Source of the DNA: a virus
Taxonomy: Duplodnaviria > Heunggongvirae > Uroviricota > Caudoviricetes
Reading direction: 5' to 3' (one strand)
Virus record (IMG/VR): IMGVR_UViG_3300022910_000004
Length of the DNA: 64,000 bases
Below the pieces are notes generated by a model that did no database searches, was not told where the DNA came from, and saw nothing but the letters and a program-made list of their open reading frames with translations. Positions 9,314 to 18,076 of the stretch are shown here, piece by piece. The position numbers and the translations under genes were made by a program. Each line of letters opens with the position of its first letter. The stretch's first letter is position 1.

Positions 9314-9634
9314 ATGAGTCATTTAATTATTGGGGAAGGTCAAAACAAAGCTTTATTTTTAGAATTTATTCAGTTTTGTGATAATAAACCTAAAGATGAG
9401 GTTATTAATCATGAAGGTTGGGATGATTGCGCAGTGGGGCAATTCTTTAGTACTAAAAGTGTAGCGTTTATAGGTTATTCTCAGATGCCTTTAGTTGATA
9501 CACTTTTGGGCAGTTTTAAAGGTTCTAAACAATCATTGCATTGGTTAGTTGGTAGTGGGATATGTCCTAGCACTTTTGGAGAATTCACAGAATTTCTAAA
9601 GTCTTATTTACCAAAAATTAACGAAACAGTTTAA
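9314..9634 (+). CDS. hypothetical protein
   Basis: start moved to the ATG after GAGGATTTATTATG (motif also used at 9741 and 10532). Confidence 0.5.
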   Translation: MSHLIIGEGQNKALFLEFIQFCDNKPKDEVINHEGWDDCAVGQFFSTKSVAFIGYSQMPLVDTLLGSFKGSKQSLHWLVGSGICPSTFGEFTEFLKSYLPKINETV

Positions 9635-9641
9635 CTTTATT

Positions 9642-9717
9642 GCGCTGTTAGTTTAATGGATAGAACAGGGGATTTCTAATCCCTCGGCGGCGGGTTCGAC
9701 TCCCCCACGGCGTACCA
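9642..9717 (+). tRNA. tRNA-Arg (anticodon UCU)
   Basis: cloverleaf folded by hand: acceptor GCGCTGT/ACGGCGT (two G-U pairs), D arm GTTT/GAAC, anticodon stem GGGGA/TCCCT with loop TTTCTAA (TCT at 9675-9677), T arm GCGGG-TTCGACT-CCCCC (one mismatch), discriminator A and encoded CCA. Confidence 0.8.
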
Positions 9718-9740
9718 ATTTAATACAACGAGGATTTATT

Positions 9741-9941
9741 ATGAGTAAAACAATTAAAGTGAGCCTTACTACAGTTTATGATAAAAATGGCAAACCTTCT
9801 TTAAAAGAGGGTAGAACTGTGATTCAAAAGGTAGAACATCATTACATATCCGGTAAGGTTTGTACAAATACTGGTGATATCTGGAGCCATGTACCTAATC
9901 CCAATCAAAAAGAATCAAATTATATTGCTATTCGAGATTAA
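9741..9941 (+). CDS. hypothetical protein
   Basis: 66-aa ORF after GAGGATTTATTATG. Confidence 0.5.
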   Translation: MSKTIKVSLTTVYDKNGKPSLKEGRTVIQKVEHHYISGKVCTNTGDIWSHVPNPNQKESNYIAIRD

Positions 9942-9946
9942 CCAAA

Positions 9947-9974
9947 AGCCCGCCTTAGAGCGGGTTTTATTTTA
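9947..9974 (+). terminator. rho-independent terminator
   Basis: GCCCGC-cttaga-GCGGG hairpin followed by TTTTATTTTAT. Confidence 0.6.
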
Positions 9975-10027
9975 TCTTAAGTTTAGTAAACGTTATAGAT
10001 AGTTTATTTATTATAAGATAATGTTCC

Positions 10028-10055
10028 TTGTAAGTTATTGATTTAAGTATATAAT
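10028..10055 (+). promoter_or_regulatory. sigma70-like promoter candidate (TTGTAA-16-TATAAT)
   Basis: consensus -10 hexamer; sits between the terminator and the 10085 gene. Confidence 0.45.
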
Positions 10056-10084
10056 TAGATAAACAAACACAAAGGTATTAAAGA

Positions 10085-10522
10085 ATGTCGGTCTCAAAAA
10101 TATTAAGAATAGTTGATATTAATGGCCAAGGAATGCACAGAGCTGGTGGCACATCTTTGGCTGAGAGAGTAATGTATAACTATTGGATATCAGTAGATAA
10201 CTCCAAACATCCTTTACCTTTTGATGATAAGATTCTCTGGGAATGGTGGGTAGACACAGAAAGTATGGAAGATTGTTTATTTGCTTTCTCTGATAGAGAT
10301 CAGTATTTAAGATGGGTATATGATCCACAATGGAGAAAAGAATTTGAAAATCTTGGGGCTAAACTTTTGGTTATTAGTATAGACGAAGGCGATCATTGCA
10401 AAGGTGAGAGACAAGCTATATACAAAAGGGCTGAAGTTATTGCAGTTAAAGAATTTTCTCCGTATGCTTTTGATGATCCTATTTTAGAAAAAGAAATCAA
10501 CGATTATTTACAAAGTATTTGA
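10085..10522 (+). CDS. hypothetical protein
   Basis: 145-aa ORF. Confidence 0.5.
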   Translation: MSVSKILRIVDINGQGMHRAGGTSLAERVMYNYWISVDNSKHPLPFDDKILWEWWVDTESMEDCLFAFSDRDQYLRWVYDPQWRKEFENLGAKLLVISIDEGDHCKGERQAIYKRAEVIAVKEFSPYAFDDPILEKEINDYLQSI

Positions 10523-10531
10523 GGATTTATT

Positions 10532-10687
10532 ATGATTATATTATATGCTTTAACTGCTGTTTTCCTTTTGTTGGTCGCTTGTACAACAGCACATAACTTC
10601 TCAAGTAGAATTGTGCTCATGCTACCCGCTTTAGTGTTAGGTTTTATTTACGTTAACCTAGTTTATGAAGGGGTGAACAAAATATGA
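10532..10687 (+). CDS. small membrane protein (51 aa)
   Basis: GAGGATTTATTATG start context; hydrophobic MIILYALTAVFLLLVACTT...; ATGA overlap with the next gene. Confidence 0.35.
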   Translation: MIILYALTAVFLLLVACTTAHNFSSRIVLMLPALVLGFIYVNLVYEGVNKI

Positions 10688-11136
10688 AAATTTTAATTGT
10701 CTTTATTTTATTGCTGTTTTCTTCTTGTATGAAAGCTGATGAGCTTTTGTTGGGACAAGAGACATACCATTTTCAAAAGTATATGTGTGCTGGCTGCAAA
10801 CCATACAGAGAAGATAACCCATTAATTGGATATAGCACAGAAAATTATGCGTTTATTGCTATGAAAAATAGCTATGACAATGATAGTATTGTGATTGTAA
10901 GAAAATTTAGCTGGAATTATACAGGCAGAATAAGACCATTTATTGCGGCAGGTTTTGGTACAGGCTATGCGCAATATGCGCCAGCTACTAGTATCGGGAA
11001 TGTGACAGCTCTAGGGTATATGGGTTTTGACTGGCATCCTGATAGAGATAAATGGGGTTATGTTATAACCGTAGTCCCGAGAAAGTTTGTAGGAATAGGC
11101 CTTAGATTTACAATCAATTGGGGGGTTAACCAATGA
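10684..11136 (+). CDS. lipoprotein
   Basis: signal peptide ending in lipobox LFSSC. Confidence 0.5.
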   Translation: MKILIVFILLLFSSCMKADELLLGQETYHFQKYMCAGCKPYREDNPLIGYSTENYAFIAMKNSYDNDSIVIVRKFSWNYTGRIRPFIAAGFGTGYAQYAPATSIGNVTALGYMGFDWHPDRDKWGYVITVVPRKFVGIGLRFTINWGVNQ

Positions 11137-11339
11137 TTGATATGAAAAATACATACTCCTTTATTATTTGGTTATGTGGAGTTATCGGTAAATTTGTCTG
11201 TGATGTTGGCGAATATATTTTGGTGAAAGTTGTTCCTGTAGTTTTTGTGTTGGCAATAAAGTTAATACTATTTATTGTGATGGTTTTCTTTTGTTCGTTA
11301 TTTCTTATTAAACTATTTGATGTCAGTGAAAAACCTTAG
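11133..11339 (+). CDS. small membrane protein
   Basis: two hydrophobic segments; ATGA overlap. Confidence 0.45.
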   Translation: MIDMKNTYSFIIWLCGVIGKFVCDVGEYILVKVVPVVFVLAIKLILFIVMVFFCSLFLIKLFDVSEKP

Positions 11340-11348
11340 GAGGTTATC

Positions 11349-11699
11349 GTGGATTTAGATACACTTATTAAATTAAAAGAAGTTTTATTGACACTTAAAG
11401 CAGGTCAAATTGGAGACAAATTTTTAGGTATTTGTGGCAATATCCCTAGTAATATTAAGGCTGAGTCATTAAAATATTTTTATTCTACTTGGGATAAATG
11501 GCCAGAATACTCTGGGTATATGGGATATCCTGTAAAGCATGGAGAACATTTACCTGTTAGTGCTTTCTTCTATGTTGAGGACTGTTGGGAAGGGGAATAT
11601 GGAGAAGCTAGATATCGTTTAGTTGATTGGTTACTTGAGCAAATAGATAAGGATTTACAAATCCCATCTAAAGATGCCTCTGAAGCTTTAATATATTAA
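11349..11699 (+). CDS. hypothetical protein
   Basis: GTG start after AGGAGG RBS. Confidence 0.5.
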   Translation: MDLDTLIKLKEVLLTLKAGQIGDKFLGICGNIPSNIKAESLKYFYSTWDKWPEYSGYMGYPVKHGEHLPVSAFFYVEDCWEGEYGEARYRLVDWLLEQIDKDLQIPSKDASEALIY

Positions 11700-11780
11700 G
11701 GTAATACCAAAGCTTAGACTAAACGTAAAATCGCCACAAAGCTTTCCTATGAGCTTTAAACACTATTATAAGGAGTACAC

Positions 11781-11981
11781 ATGCAATCGCCTTTATCAGT
11801 ATTTGCTTTATTCATTAAGCTTGTTATCACTTTCTTATTTTTTATGGCTATTGGTTATTTACTAACAGGCACCATAGAACCAAAAGATTGGAACACTATA
11901 ATGAATGTTGATATAACAATTTTATATTGTTTGTGTACTGTTTATATAATATTTTCACATAAGGAAACAAAATCTAAATAA
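11781..11981 (+). CDS. small membrane protein
   Basis: hydrophobic 66-aa ORF; AGGAG RBS. Confidence 0.4.
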   Translation: MQSPLSVFALFIKLVITFLFFMAIGYLLTGTIEPKDWNTIMNVDITILYCLCTVYIIFSHKETKSK

Positions 11982-12398
11982 TATGTGCTATACTGAATAT
12001 AGATTAGTCACTTAATGACTAGACTGGTTTATAAACAGTCTCGGATAGGAGTTTTCTGGGTAAACCTCTTTTGTACTATCTTAAAGTTCATAAAAGGCTC
12101 GAACAAACTTGGGGAAGTGGGACAAATGTCTCAGAGGTGACAAGGCTATGATGCTGACTAAAGCAGAAGCACCTCTCGGAATACAGGATTAGTATTGCTT
12201 GTATTCTATTCCGCACTTGAGATACAGTGTGCTACATGCAATGTAGAGAATTATACGGCTCCATTAGTATAGATTCTGAGAATTCTTCAATGGTTCCTCT
12301 AAGGCTAGTTTAATCTGGTATGAGGGGCTATAGCGGAAGTCTATTCAGAATTTACTCACCATTAGTATAGACTATAATTAATCCAGTCGGAGGTAAGA
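11982..12398 (+). other. 417-nt non-coding, hairpin-rich region upstream of an HNH endonuclease gene (candidate structured RNA / long leader)
   Basis: no ORF of 60 aa or more; multiple perfect hairpins (TAGTCA/TGACTA, GACTG/CAGTC, GAATACA/TGTATTC, CTACAT/ATGTAG); CCATTAGTATAGA repeated at 12261 and 12359. Confidence 0.3.
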
Positions 12399-12956
12399 GT
12401 GGCTACGTTAACCCTAAGTCAATTCAGTGATAAGTTATTCTCTGGATTCTATGGCAGACCCAAAGATCAATCTCTCATTCATCTAAGAAATAATTTCTTG
12501 GTTATGAAGGGTTCTGTTAATAAAAGTAAAGCTGAGTTAGTTAATAAATATATTGAGTCTTCAATAGAAAAGTCAGAGGATGTTTTGGAAACTAAACAAC
12601 AAAGCGCCCTAGAAAGCTCAGAATCGGATTTTGATCTATTGGTTGCTGGTAAGTTAAGCCAATTAAAATGCTCTGCTGAACGCCGTGGTAAAGAGTTTGA
12701 TTTGACGTTTAATGTAGTTAAGCGTTTAATGAAGCGGAAGACTTGTTATTACACAGGGCTTAAATTCCAAGCCTCTCCAAATCTACATCTAACTATTGAT
12801 CGTGTGGATTTTACGAAAGGGTATGTTATTGGGAATGTTGTAGCCTGTAGTAATTGGGCTAACCAAATGAAGAATCAATTAATCGAGCAAGAGGGTAGTC
12901 CTTTATTAGGTAATCCTAGACTGCTTAAAAGATTTCTTAATAAATTAGGAGAATAA
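12399..12956 (+). CDS. HNH-family (homing-type) endonuclease
   Basis: GTG start after GGAGGT; C-terminal CYYTG...LTIDRVD...GNVVACSNWANQMK HNH-like core. Confidence 0.5.
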   Translation: MATLTLSQFSDKLFSGFYGRPKDQSLIHLRNNFLVMKGSVNKSKAELVNKYIESSIEKSEDVLETKQQSALESSESDFDLLVAGKLSQLKCSAERRGKEFDLTFNVVKRLMKRKTCYYTGLKFQASPNLHLTIDRVDFTKGYVIGNVVACSNWANQMKNQLIEQEGSPLLGNPRLLKRFLNKLGE

Positions 12957-13061
12957 TATGGACGATTGGTATGAAGATGCGTTAGACAATGAATGGGACT
13001 TAGAAGATCTCCTTCCAGAAGATGATCTTTTAGACAATGATTTCGATGAAGGGGAATACTT

Positions 13062-13403
13062 GTGAGATGTCTAATTTTTATTATAACCTTGTTGCTGTTT
13101 TCTTGTTCAGAAAAAGAAGAACCATTTTTAGTATGGTCTAAAGTAAAGATGTATGAAGTAGTGGAGATAAATGAGAGTAAGCATGTTTATGGACTTGTTC
13201 TGAAAGATTTTCAAACAGGCGAGTATTGGCAGGGATACTCCATTGGAAAGTCCTGTCGTCCTCCAATGGGCGTTAGATTAGAATTCATTGAGAGGCGCTA
13301 TAAAACAACCACAGAAGATTGGAGAATACTTGTGGGTGTTGAGGAAATGTGTGAGAGGCTATCACAGGGTAAATATAAACTTGATTGGCAAATGGTGTAT
13401 TAG
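13062..13403 (+). CDS. lipoprotein
   Basis: signal peptide with lipobox LLFSC. Confidence 0.5.
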   Translation: MRCLIFIITLLLFSCSEKEEPFLVWSKVKMYEVVEINESKHVYGLVLKDFQTGEYWQGYSIGKSCRPPMGVRLEFIERRYKTTTEDWRILVGVEEMCERLSQGKYKLDWQMVY

Positions 13404-13612
13404 TGAATACAGTGATTATTAATGGTGTGACTTACATACCAAAAGTAGATAAAGATGTTTTTAGGAGAAATCTTGTCGATCTCCTAAACCGCCTAACCTA
13501 CTACGCTAATGCTCCTTCAGATAATGAGAGAACAAAAGGCATGGCAGATGCCTACTACACTGCTGCAAAAGCGCTAGAGAGTATTTTAGATAACTACGTT
13601 GAAATGAAATAA
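13385..13612 (+). CDS. hypothetical protein (TTG start)
   Basis: 75-aa ORF; first codon is TTG. Confidence 0.4.
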   Translation: MANGVLVNTVIINGVTYIPKVDKDVFRRNLVDLLNRLTYYANAPSDNERTKGMADAYYTAAKALESILDNYVEMK

Positions 13613-13623
13613 AGGAGAAGTAT

Positions 13624-13932
13624 ATGATTGATATCACAGGTGTTGATTTAAAAGAATTTGTTAAAAAGGTTTATGAACTATCTAAACCACAAGGTTTAGG
13701 ATTCTTGCATTATGAGTCTGGTGGATTGTCTGATGAAGAAGCCCAGTTTATTGTGGATAACTGCTACAATCCCACAAGATTTGCTGTTGCTATGGATTAT
13801 GTGAAAGGTCGTGCATGTAAAATGACTGTTCATAAAAATGGCGACAAACTTGAGATCAAGGATAGTTGGTATGATCACTCTGAGAATCAATTAAAAGAAT
13901 TGCTCTCTCATTTTGGTTTAGAGGTGGCTTAA
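13624..13932 (+). CDS. hypothetical protein
   Basis: GGAGAAG RBS; 102 aa. Confidence 0.5.
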   Translation: MIDITGVDLKEFVKKVYELSKPQGLGFLHYESGGLSDEEAQFIVDNCYNPTRFAVAMDYVKGRACKMTVHKNGDKLEIKDSWYDHSENQLKELLSHFGLEVA

Positions 13933-14819
13933 TGGAATTATTAAGACCACAATTAGCAGCCTCAGATGTGCCAGACATTTATACAGAAGTTAGTTGGCCT
14001 AAGATTATCCAGCCTAAATTGGATGGTATCTGTTGCTTGGCAGTGAATGGGCAGGCGTATAGTCGTACAATGAAACTGATTCCTAATCAATACGTACAGA
14101 AAGTGTTTAAGGAATTAAACCTTCATGGTACACATGGGGAATTGATGGTACATGGTGACTTCAATGATGTACAGTCTGCGATTATGCGTGAAGAGGGAGA
14201 ACCAGACTTCTACTACGTAATTTATGATAAATGGAATAGTGAAGATCATTATGGATTTAGAAAGGCCCACCTAGAACAATTTTATGTGGAAAATATCTGG
14301 GAGAAAGGGGGATATGAAAAACATATTCATTTAATAAAATCCTTCTACGTAACCAATCCAACAGAGTGTGAGGATAAACTTGAGCAATATATCAATTTAG
14401 GTTATGAGGGCGGAATATTACGTTGCCCCTATAGTCTTTATAAACAAGGTAGACACACCCTTAAGTCTCAGGGACTTTTAAAGCTCAAAAAGTTCTATGA
14501 TGATGAAGCAATCATTATTGGCTATGAGGAAAAGATGACCAATGAGAATGAAAAGGTTAAAGATGAGCGTGGCTATTCTAAACGTTCAAGTCATAAAGAG
14601 AATATGGTCCCTGCTGGCGTACTTGGAGCATTAATCGTTAAGTGGAAAGATGTTGAGTTTAAAATTGGTAGTGGGTACAACGATGAGCAGCGTAAAACTC
14701 TTTGGGATACCAGAGATGCGCTAATTGGACTCCCTGTCACATTCAAGTATCAAGAATTGTCTAAATATAAAGTACCAAGATTTCCTGTATTTAAGGGAAT
14801 TCGATTAGAGTATGTATAG
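13932..14819 (+). CDS. lig: ATP-dependent DNA ligase
   Basis: motif I KLDG (QPKLDGICCL), motif III GELMV, motif IV EGGILR, motif V LLKLKK. Confidence 0.85.
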   Translation: MELLRPQLAASDVPDIYTEVSWPKIIQPKLDGICCLAVNGQAYSRTMKLIPNQYVQKVFKELNLHGTHGELMVHGDFNDVQSAIMREEGEPDFYYVIYDKWNSEDHYGFRKAHLEQFYVENIWEKGGYEKHIHLIKSFYVTNPTECEDKLEQYINLGYEGGILRCPYSLYKQGRHTLKSQGLLKLKKFYDDEAIIIGYEEKMTNENEKVKDERGYSKRSSHKENMVPAGVLGALIVKWKDVEFKIGSGYNDEQRKTLWDTRDALIGLPVTFKYQELSKYKVPRFPVFKGIRLEYV

Positions 14820-14876
14820 CTATTTATAATTTAAGCAAGTAGTATTACCCTCCCCAAGAAAAACTGAGGAGGGATT

Positions 14877-15113
14877 ATGCAATTAGATGAGAAAATAGTC
14901 AAAATTGATAATGGAGACCTCTATCAAATTAGTGATTTGTCTCCCTTAGAGATAGAAATAATTTGTAAAAGGTATTGTTTACTCGAAAGACAAGTCAATA
15001 GTTTGATAGCTACAAATAAGAATCTAGTAGATGCCTGCCTTTTGTATAAAGAGTCTATTGACAAGCTTATTCAAGAGAGTGACAACTTTAAGAAATCTAT
15101 CAAATATAATTAA
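14877..15113 (+). CDS. hypothetical coiled-coil protein
   Basis: GAGGAGGG RBS. Confidence 0.45.
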   Translation: MQLDEKIVKIDNGDLYQISDLSPLEIEIICKRYCLLERQVNSLIATNKNLVDACLLYKESIDKLIQESDNFKKSIKYN

Positions 15114-15121
15114 ATCCTTAT

Positions 15122-15158
15122 AGCCCTGCTTACAGAAATGTAATGTGGGGCTTTTTAT
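15122..15158 (+). terminator. putative rho-independent terminator
   Basis: AGCCCT...GGGGCT stem with long loop followed by TTTTTATT. Confidence 0.4.
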
Positions 15159-15275
15159 TGCCTAAAATTTCACTTAAATCAGCAAAAGTTTAGGTAAATT
15201 ACTTACATATATCTAATTAGTATTAAACGGATGTCAAGCTAGTTTTATATATTATTTAAATCAGTAAAAATAAAT

Positions 15276-15304
15276 TTGACTTACTTTTAGTTATTAGTTA
15301 ATCT
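15276..15304 (+). promoter_or_regulatory. sigma70-like promoter candidate (TTGACT-17-TAATCT)
   Basis: AT-rich 220-bp gap with upstream A/T tracts. Confidence 0.45.
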
Positions 15305-15339
15305 GGCATCTCTAAATTAGTGACGAAGGAGTTATGAAT

Positions 15340-16299
15340 ATGAATCAGATTGTTAATCTCGTGCCAAAGAAGAGTGAACAGTTTGTACCTTGGGAAGGAC
15401 TAGGTACTAAAATAAATGTAAAGGATTCATTGAAGACGACCATGAAAAACGCTGGCTTAGACTGGCAAGCGAAGCGTACCCCTAACTTATACGCTGTATC
15501 CGCAGATACCATCATAAAAGGTAGTAAATCTGTAATATATCGTTCAGATAATAATCTAGAGTTAGGCGTTGTTACTGATAAGTACAAAATTGCACAGCCA
15601 GAGGATATTGTTAAGCTCTATAAAGATTTGATCGATCTTAAAGGTTGGAAATTGGATGTACTTGGCACCCTAGATGGCGGAAAGCGTATCTGGGCTTTGG
15701 CCAAAACAGACTCATCTTTCTTTGCTGGAAATGATGAAGAGGATATTGTTGACATTCATTTGTTACTAACTACCACATTTGATGGGAATAGTAGCACTCA
15801 AGGTAAGTTTATTGGTTTGAGAAATATTTGTGGACAAAGTTTAAGTCTTGCAGTGGGTGAAAACTCTGGACTAACAAAAATACGATTAAATCATAAGGCT
15901 GAATTTAATCCTAAATTTATGACACAAAAATTGAATGTGTTGCCGAAAGCTTCAGAGGTATTTGAAGGACAAGTGGCAACGTTATGTAATAAGCCTATCA
16001 ATGATGCCCAAGCGGCGAGATTTTTGATAGATATGCTGGAAGGTGAAGGTGCAGACCCTGATGATTTATCAGTAAGACAGAGAAATCTTGTACTGAAAGT
16101 GCTCGAATTATATCAGGGCAAGGGTATTGGTAGCAAGTTTAAGTCCTCAAGAGGCACAGCTTGGGGTTTACTCAACGCACTGACACAACATGTAGATTAT
16201 GATGTTGGACTTAACACCAATAACATTATTCGCTCAGCTTGGTTTGGTTTAGGGGAAACCCTCAAAATCAAGGCAATGACCAAACTACTTAAAATTTAA
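15340..16299 (+). CDS. DUF932-family phage/plasmid protein
   Basis: N-terminal ...VPWEGLGT...AGLDWQAK pattern characteristic of DUF932 (from memory); start placed at the second ATG for RBS spacing. Confidence 0.45.
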   Translation: MNQIVNLVPKKSEQFVPWEGLGTKINVKDSLKTTMKNAGLDWQAKRTPNLYAVSADTIIKGSKSVIYRSDNNLELGVVTDKYKIAQPEDIVKLYKDLIDLKGWKLDVLGTLDGGKRIWALAKTDSSFFAGNDEEDIVDIHLLLTTTFDGNSSTQGKFIGLRNICGQSLSLAVGENSGLTKIRLNHKAEFNPKFMTQKLNVLPKASEVFEGQVATLCNKPINDAQAARFLIDMLEGEGADPDDLSVRQRNLVLKVLELYQGKGIGSKFKSSRGTAWGLLNALTQHVDYDVGLNTNNIIRSAWFGLGETLKIKAMTKLLKI

Positions 16300-16332
16300 T
16301 TATATCATTTAATGCTAATTGGAGGACTTATT

Positions 16333-16626
16333 ATGTCTAATTTACTTTGCACAGCTTGCAATCAACGTAAGAAAGAAGAGAATTTCAGTCAACAATCTAT
16401 TTTAAATAATACCCCAGTATGTGCAGGATGCGATGTAAAGATGCTAATGAGGAGAATAGAAATCTCTAAGGATACTATTATGGCGGCTAAGAAGCAACAA
16501 CAAGCTGTTGTTGAAGTGGCTAAGACCCTTGATAGTCCTCCTAAAAAGCCTATTAAAACAACTTCACTCGCTTTGCTGAAGGGGATATTGCAGGGAGGTG
16601 AAGGGGCTTTAATAAATGCTTCTTGA
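16333..16626 (+). CDS. zinc-ribbon protein
   Basis: CTACNQ...CAGCD. Confidence 0.45.
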   Translation: MSNLLCTACNQRKKEENFSQQSILNNTPVCAGCDVKMLMRRIEISKDTIMAAKKQQQAVVEVAKTLDSPPKKPIKTTSLALLKGILQGGEGALINAS

Positions 16627-16653
16627 CAGTATGTAATTTTTTTACTAATCTAA

Positions 16654-16684
16654 ATAAGCGGCAATTAAGCCGCTTATTTTATTC
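16654..16684 (+). terminator. rho-independent terminator
   Basis: AAGCGGC-aatta-GCCGCTT followed by ATTTTATT. Confidence 0.7.
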
Positions 16685-16699
16685 AGGGGATTTTATATT

Positions 16700-16903
16700 A
16701 TGATAAGAATATTTTTAGGAATTTATTGGAAATGGAGATTGAGTAAAAATTATAAGCAATTGGAAATACTGAAAAAGCTAAGAAGTGATTGTTCCCCTTA
16801 TCCCCATTTGATGGAAGAAGTAGAAGAATTGATCTTTGAATGCAAAAAACTTGTACTTATCGCGGAAAGAGAATCTCTTAAATATAGAGGCTCTGTTATA
16901 TAA
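16700..16903 (+). CDS. hypothetical protein
   Basis: 67-aa ORF. Confidence 0.4.
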   Translation: MIRIFLGIYWKWRLSKNYKQLEILKKLRSDCSPYPHLMEEVEELIFECKKLVLIAERESLKYRGSVI

Positions 16904-16984
16904 TTATTTAATCTAAGATATTAGTTGAATTTCTTTATCAGATTCATTACAATTACTTAACTTAAACAGTCAGAGGTTTACAAA

Positions 16985-17296
16985 ATGAATGCTTATAAAA
17001 TGTCAATCTCAGAACGTAGAGCACTTCTGGATTCCAGTCTAAAACGTGGGCGTATTGCCAGTATTGCATGGAAAAAAGCTTCTGGTGAGGCTACTAAACG
17101 TAATTTTACGGAAAAGTGTCTTGATGGATTTAGAGATGGTATAGAAAATGCAAAACCTAATCCAGTCAAAGACAAGCCTGAACTCTATACCGCTTGGGAT
17201 TTATCTAAAAGAGATTGGTCAAATGTAAATCTGAACAACTTGATAAGTGTAGCTCTTGATGGGGAGACATGGGAATTTGGGGCAGAAGATGTCTGA
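16985..17296 (+). CDS. hypothetical protein
   Basis: 103-aa ORF. Confidence 0.45.
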   Translation: MNAYKMSISERRALLDSSLKRGRIASIAWKKASGEATKRNFTEKCLDGFRDGIENAKPNPVKDKPELYTAWDLSKRDWSNVNLNNLISVALDGETWEFGAEDV

Positions 17297-17618
17297 GAAT
17301 CCTTATATTGAAACAGTAATAACTAACACTATTCGTAAGTACAATCCTAATTACGGTGATAATAGGGTTTGTGAATGTGGTCATACTTATGACAGGCATT
17401 TTGATTCATATGAAAATATGAGCCCAGTCGGTTGTAAGTATTGCCCCTGTGGCACTTTCGTAGAGGCGAATCTCATACTTAGGCATACACCTTTTGATAT
17501 TTATCAAGTACCTAATGAGTGCGTATTTGTTCTTGATATTGTGAATTGGATTAATAAGCAAGAGGACAAAGAAGTCTACACTAAACTTTTGGTTGCTTTG
17601 GGTGAGGAGATTTACTAA
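17289..17618 (+). CDS. Cys-rich (zinc-binding?) protein
   Basis: CECGHTYDRH...CKYCPCG. Confidence 0.45.
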   Translation: MSENPYIETVITNTIRKYNPNYGDNRVCECGHTYDRHFDSYENMSPVGCKYCPCGTFVEANLILRHTPFDIYQVPNECVFVLDIVNWINKQEDKEVYTKLLVALGEEIY

Positions 17619-18076
17619 TGCCAGTAGAAATAATTAAGGGTGACCTTCTTGATGCCTTCGATAGAGGTGAAGTTGATATAATTGGCCATGTAGTAAATTG
17701 TCAAAGTGTGATGGGATCAGGAATTGCTTTAGCTATTAAGAATCGTTACCCAAATGTTTATAAAAGTTATTTAGATTCATTCCCAGAAGCATTGAAAGAG
17801 GGTGTGACAAAAGACTTAATGCTTGGTCACGTTGAAGTTATTGATGGTGTTGCAAATATGTATGCCCAATTTAAATACGGGGCAGACAAGCGGCATTTAA
17901 ATTATGGAGCTATATCTCAATGTCTTTCGAGTCTGGCTATGTATGGAGATAAGAGTTACATCTTTGGCTTTCCTTATAAAATGGGTTGTGATCGAGCTGG
18001 TGGGGATTGGTCTGTTGTTTTAGAAATGATAGAATATTACTTTAACGATGTTAGAGTTAAAATCTATGAACTATAA
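17618..18076 (+). CDS. macro-domain protein, TARG1/OARD1/DarG-like (ADP-ribose binding or hydrolase)
   Basis: IIGHVVNCQSVMGSGIALAIK matches the HxxNxxxxMGAGIA macro-domain signature. Confidence 0.65.
   Translation: MPVEIIKGDLLDAFDRGEVDIIGHVVNCQSVMGSGIALAIKNRYPNVYKSYLDSFPEALKEGVTKDLMLGHVEVIDGVANMYAQFKYGADKRHLNYGAISQCLSSLAMYGDKSYIFGFPYKMGCDRAGGDWSVVLEMIEYYFNDVRVKIYEL

Noticed and set aside
11982-12398. tRNA or tmRNA hidden in the structured non-coding region
   Set aside because: No GTTCRANYC T-loop with a matching acceptor stem could be assembled; GGCTCGAAC at about 12097 lacks compatible flanking stems
11982-12398. Group I intron
   Set aside because: Not rejected outright, but I could not identify P/Q/R/S core elements or a split host gene by eye; kept as a hypothesis in findings only
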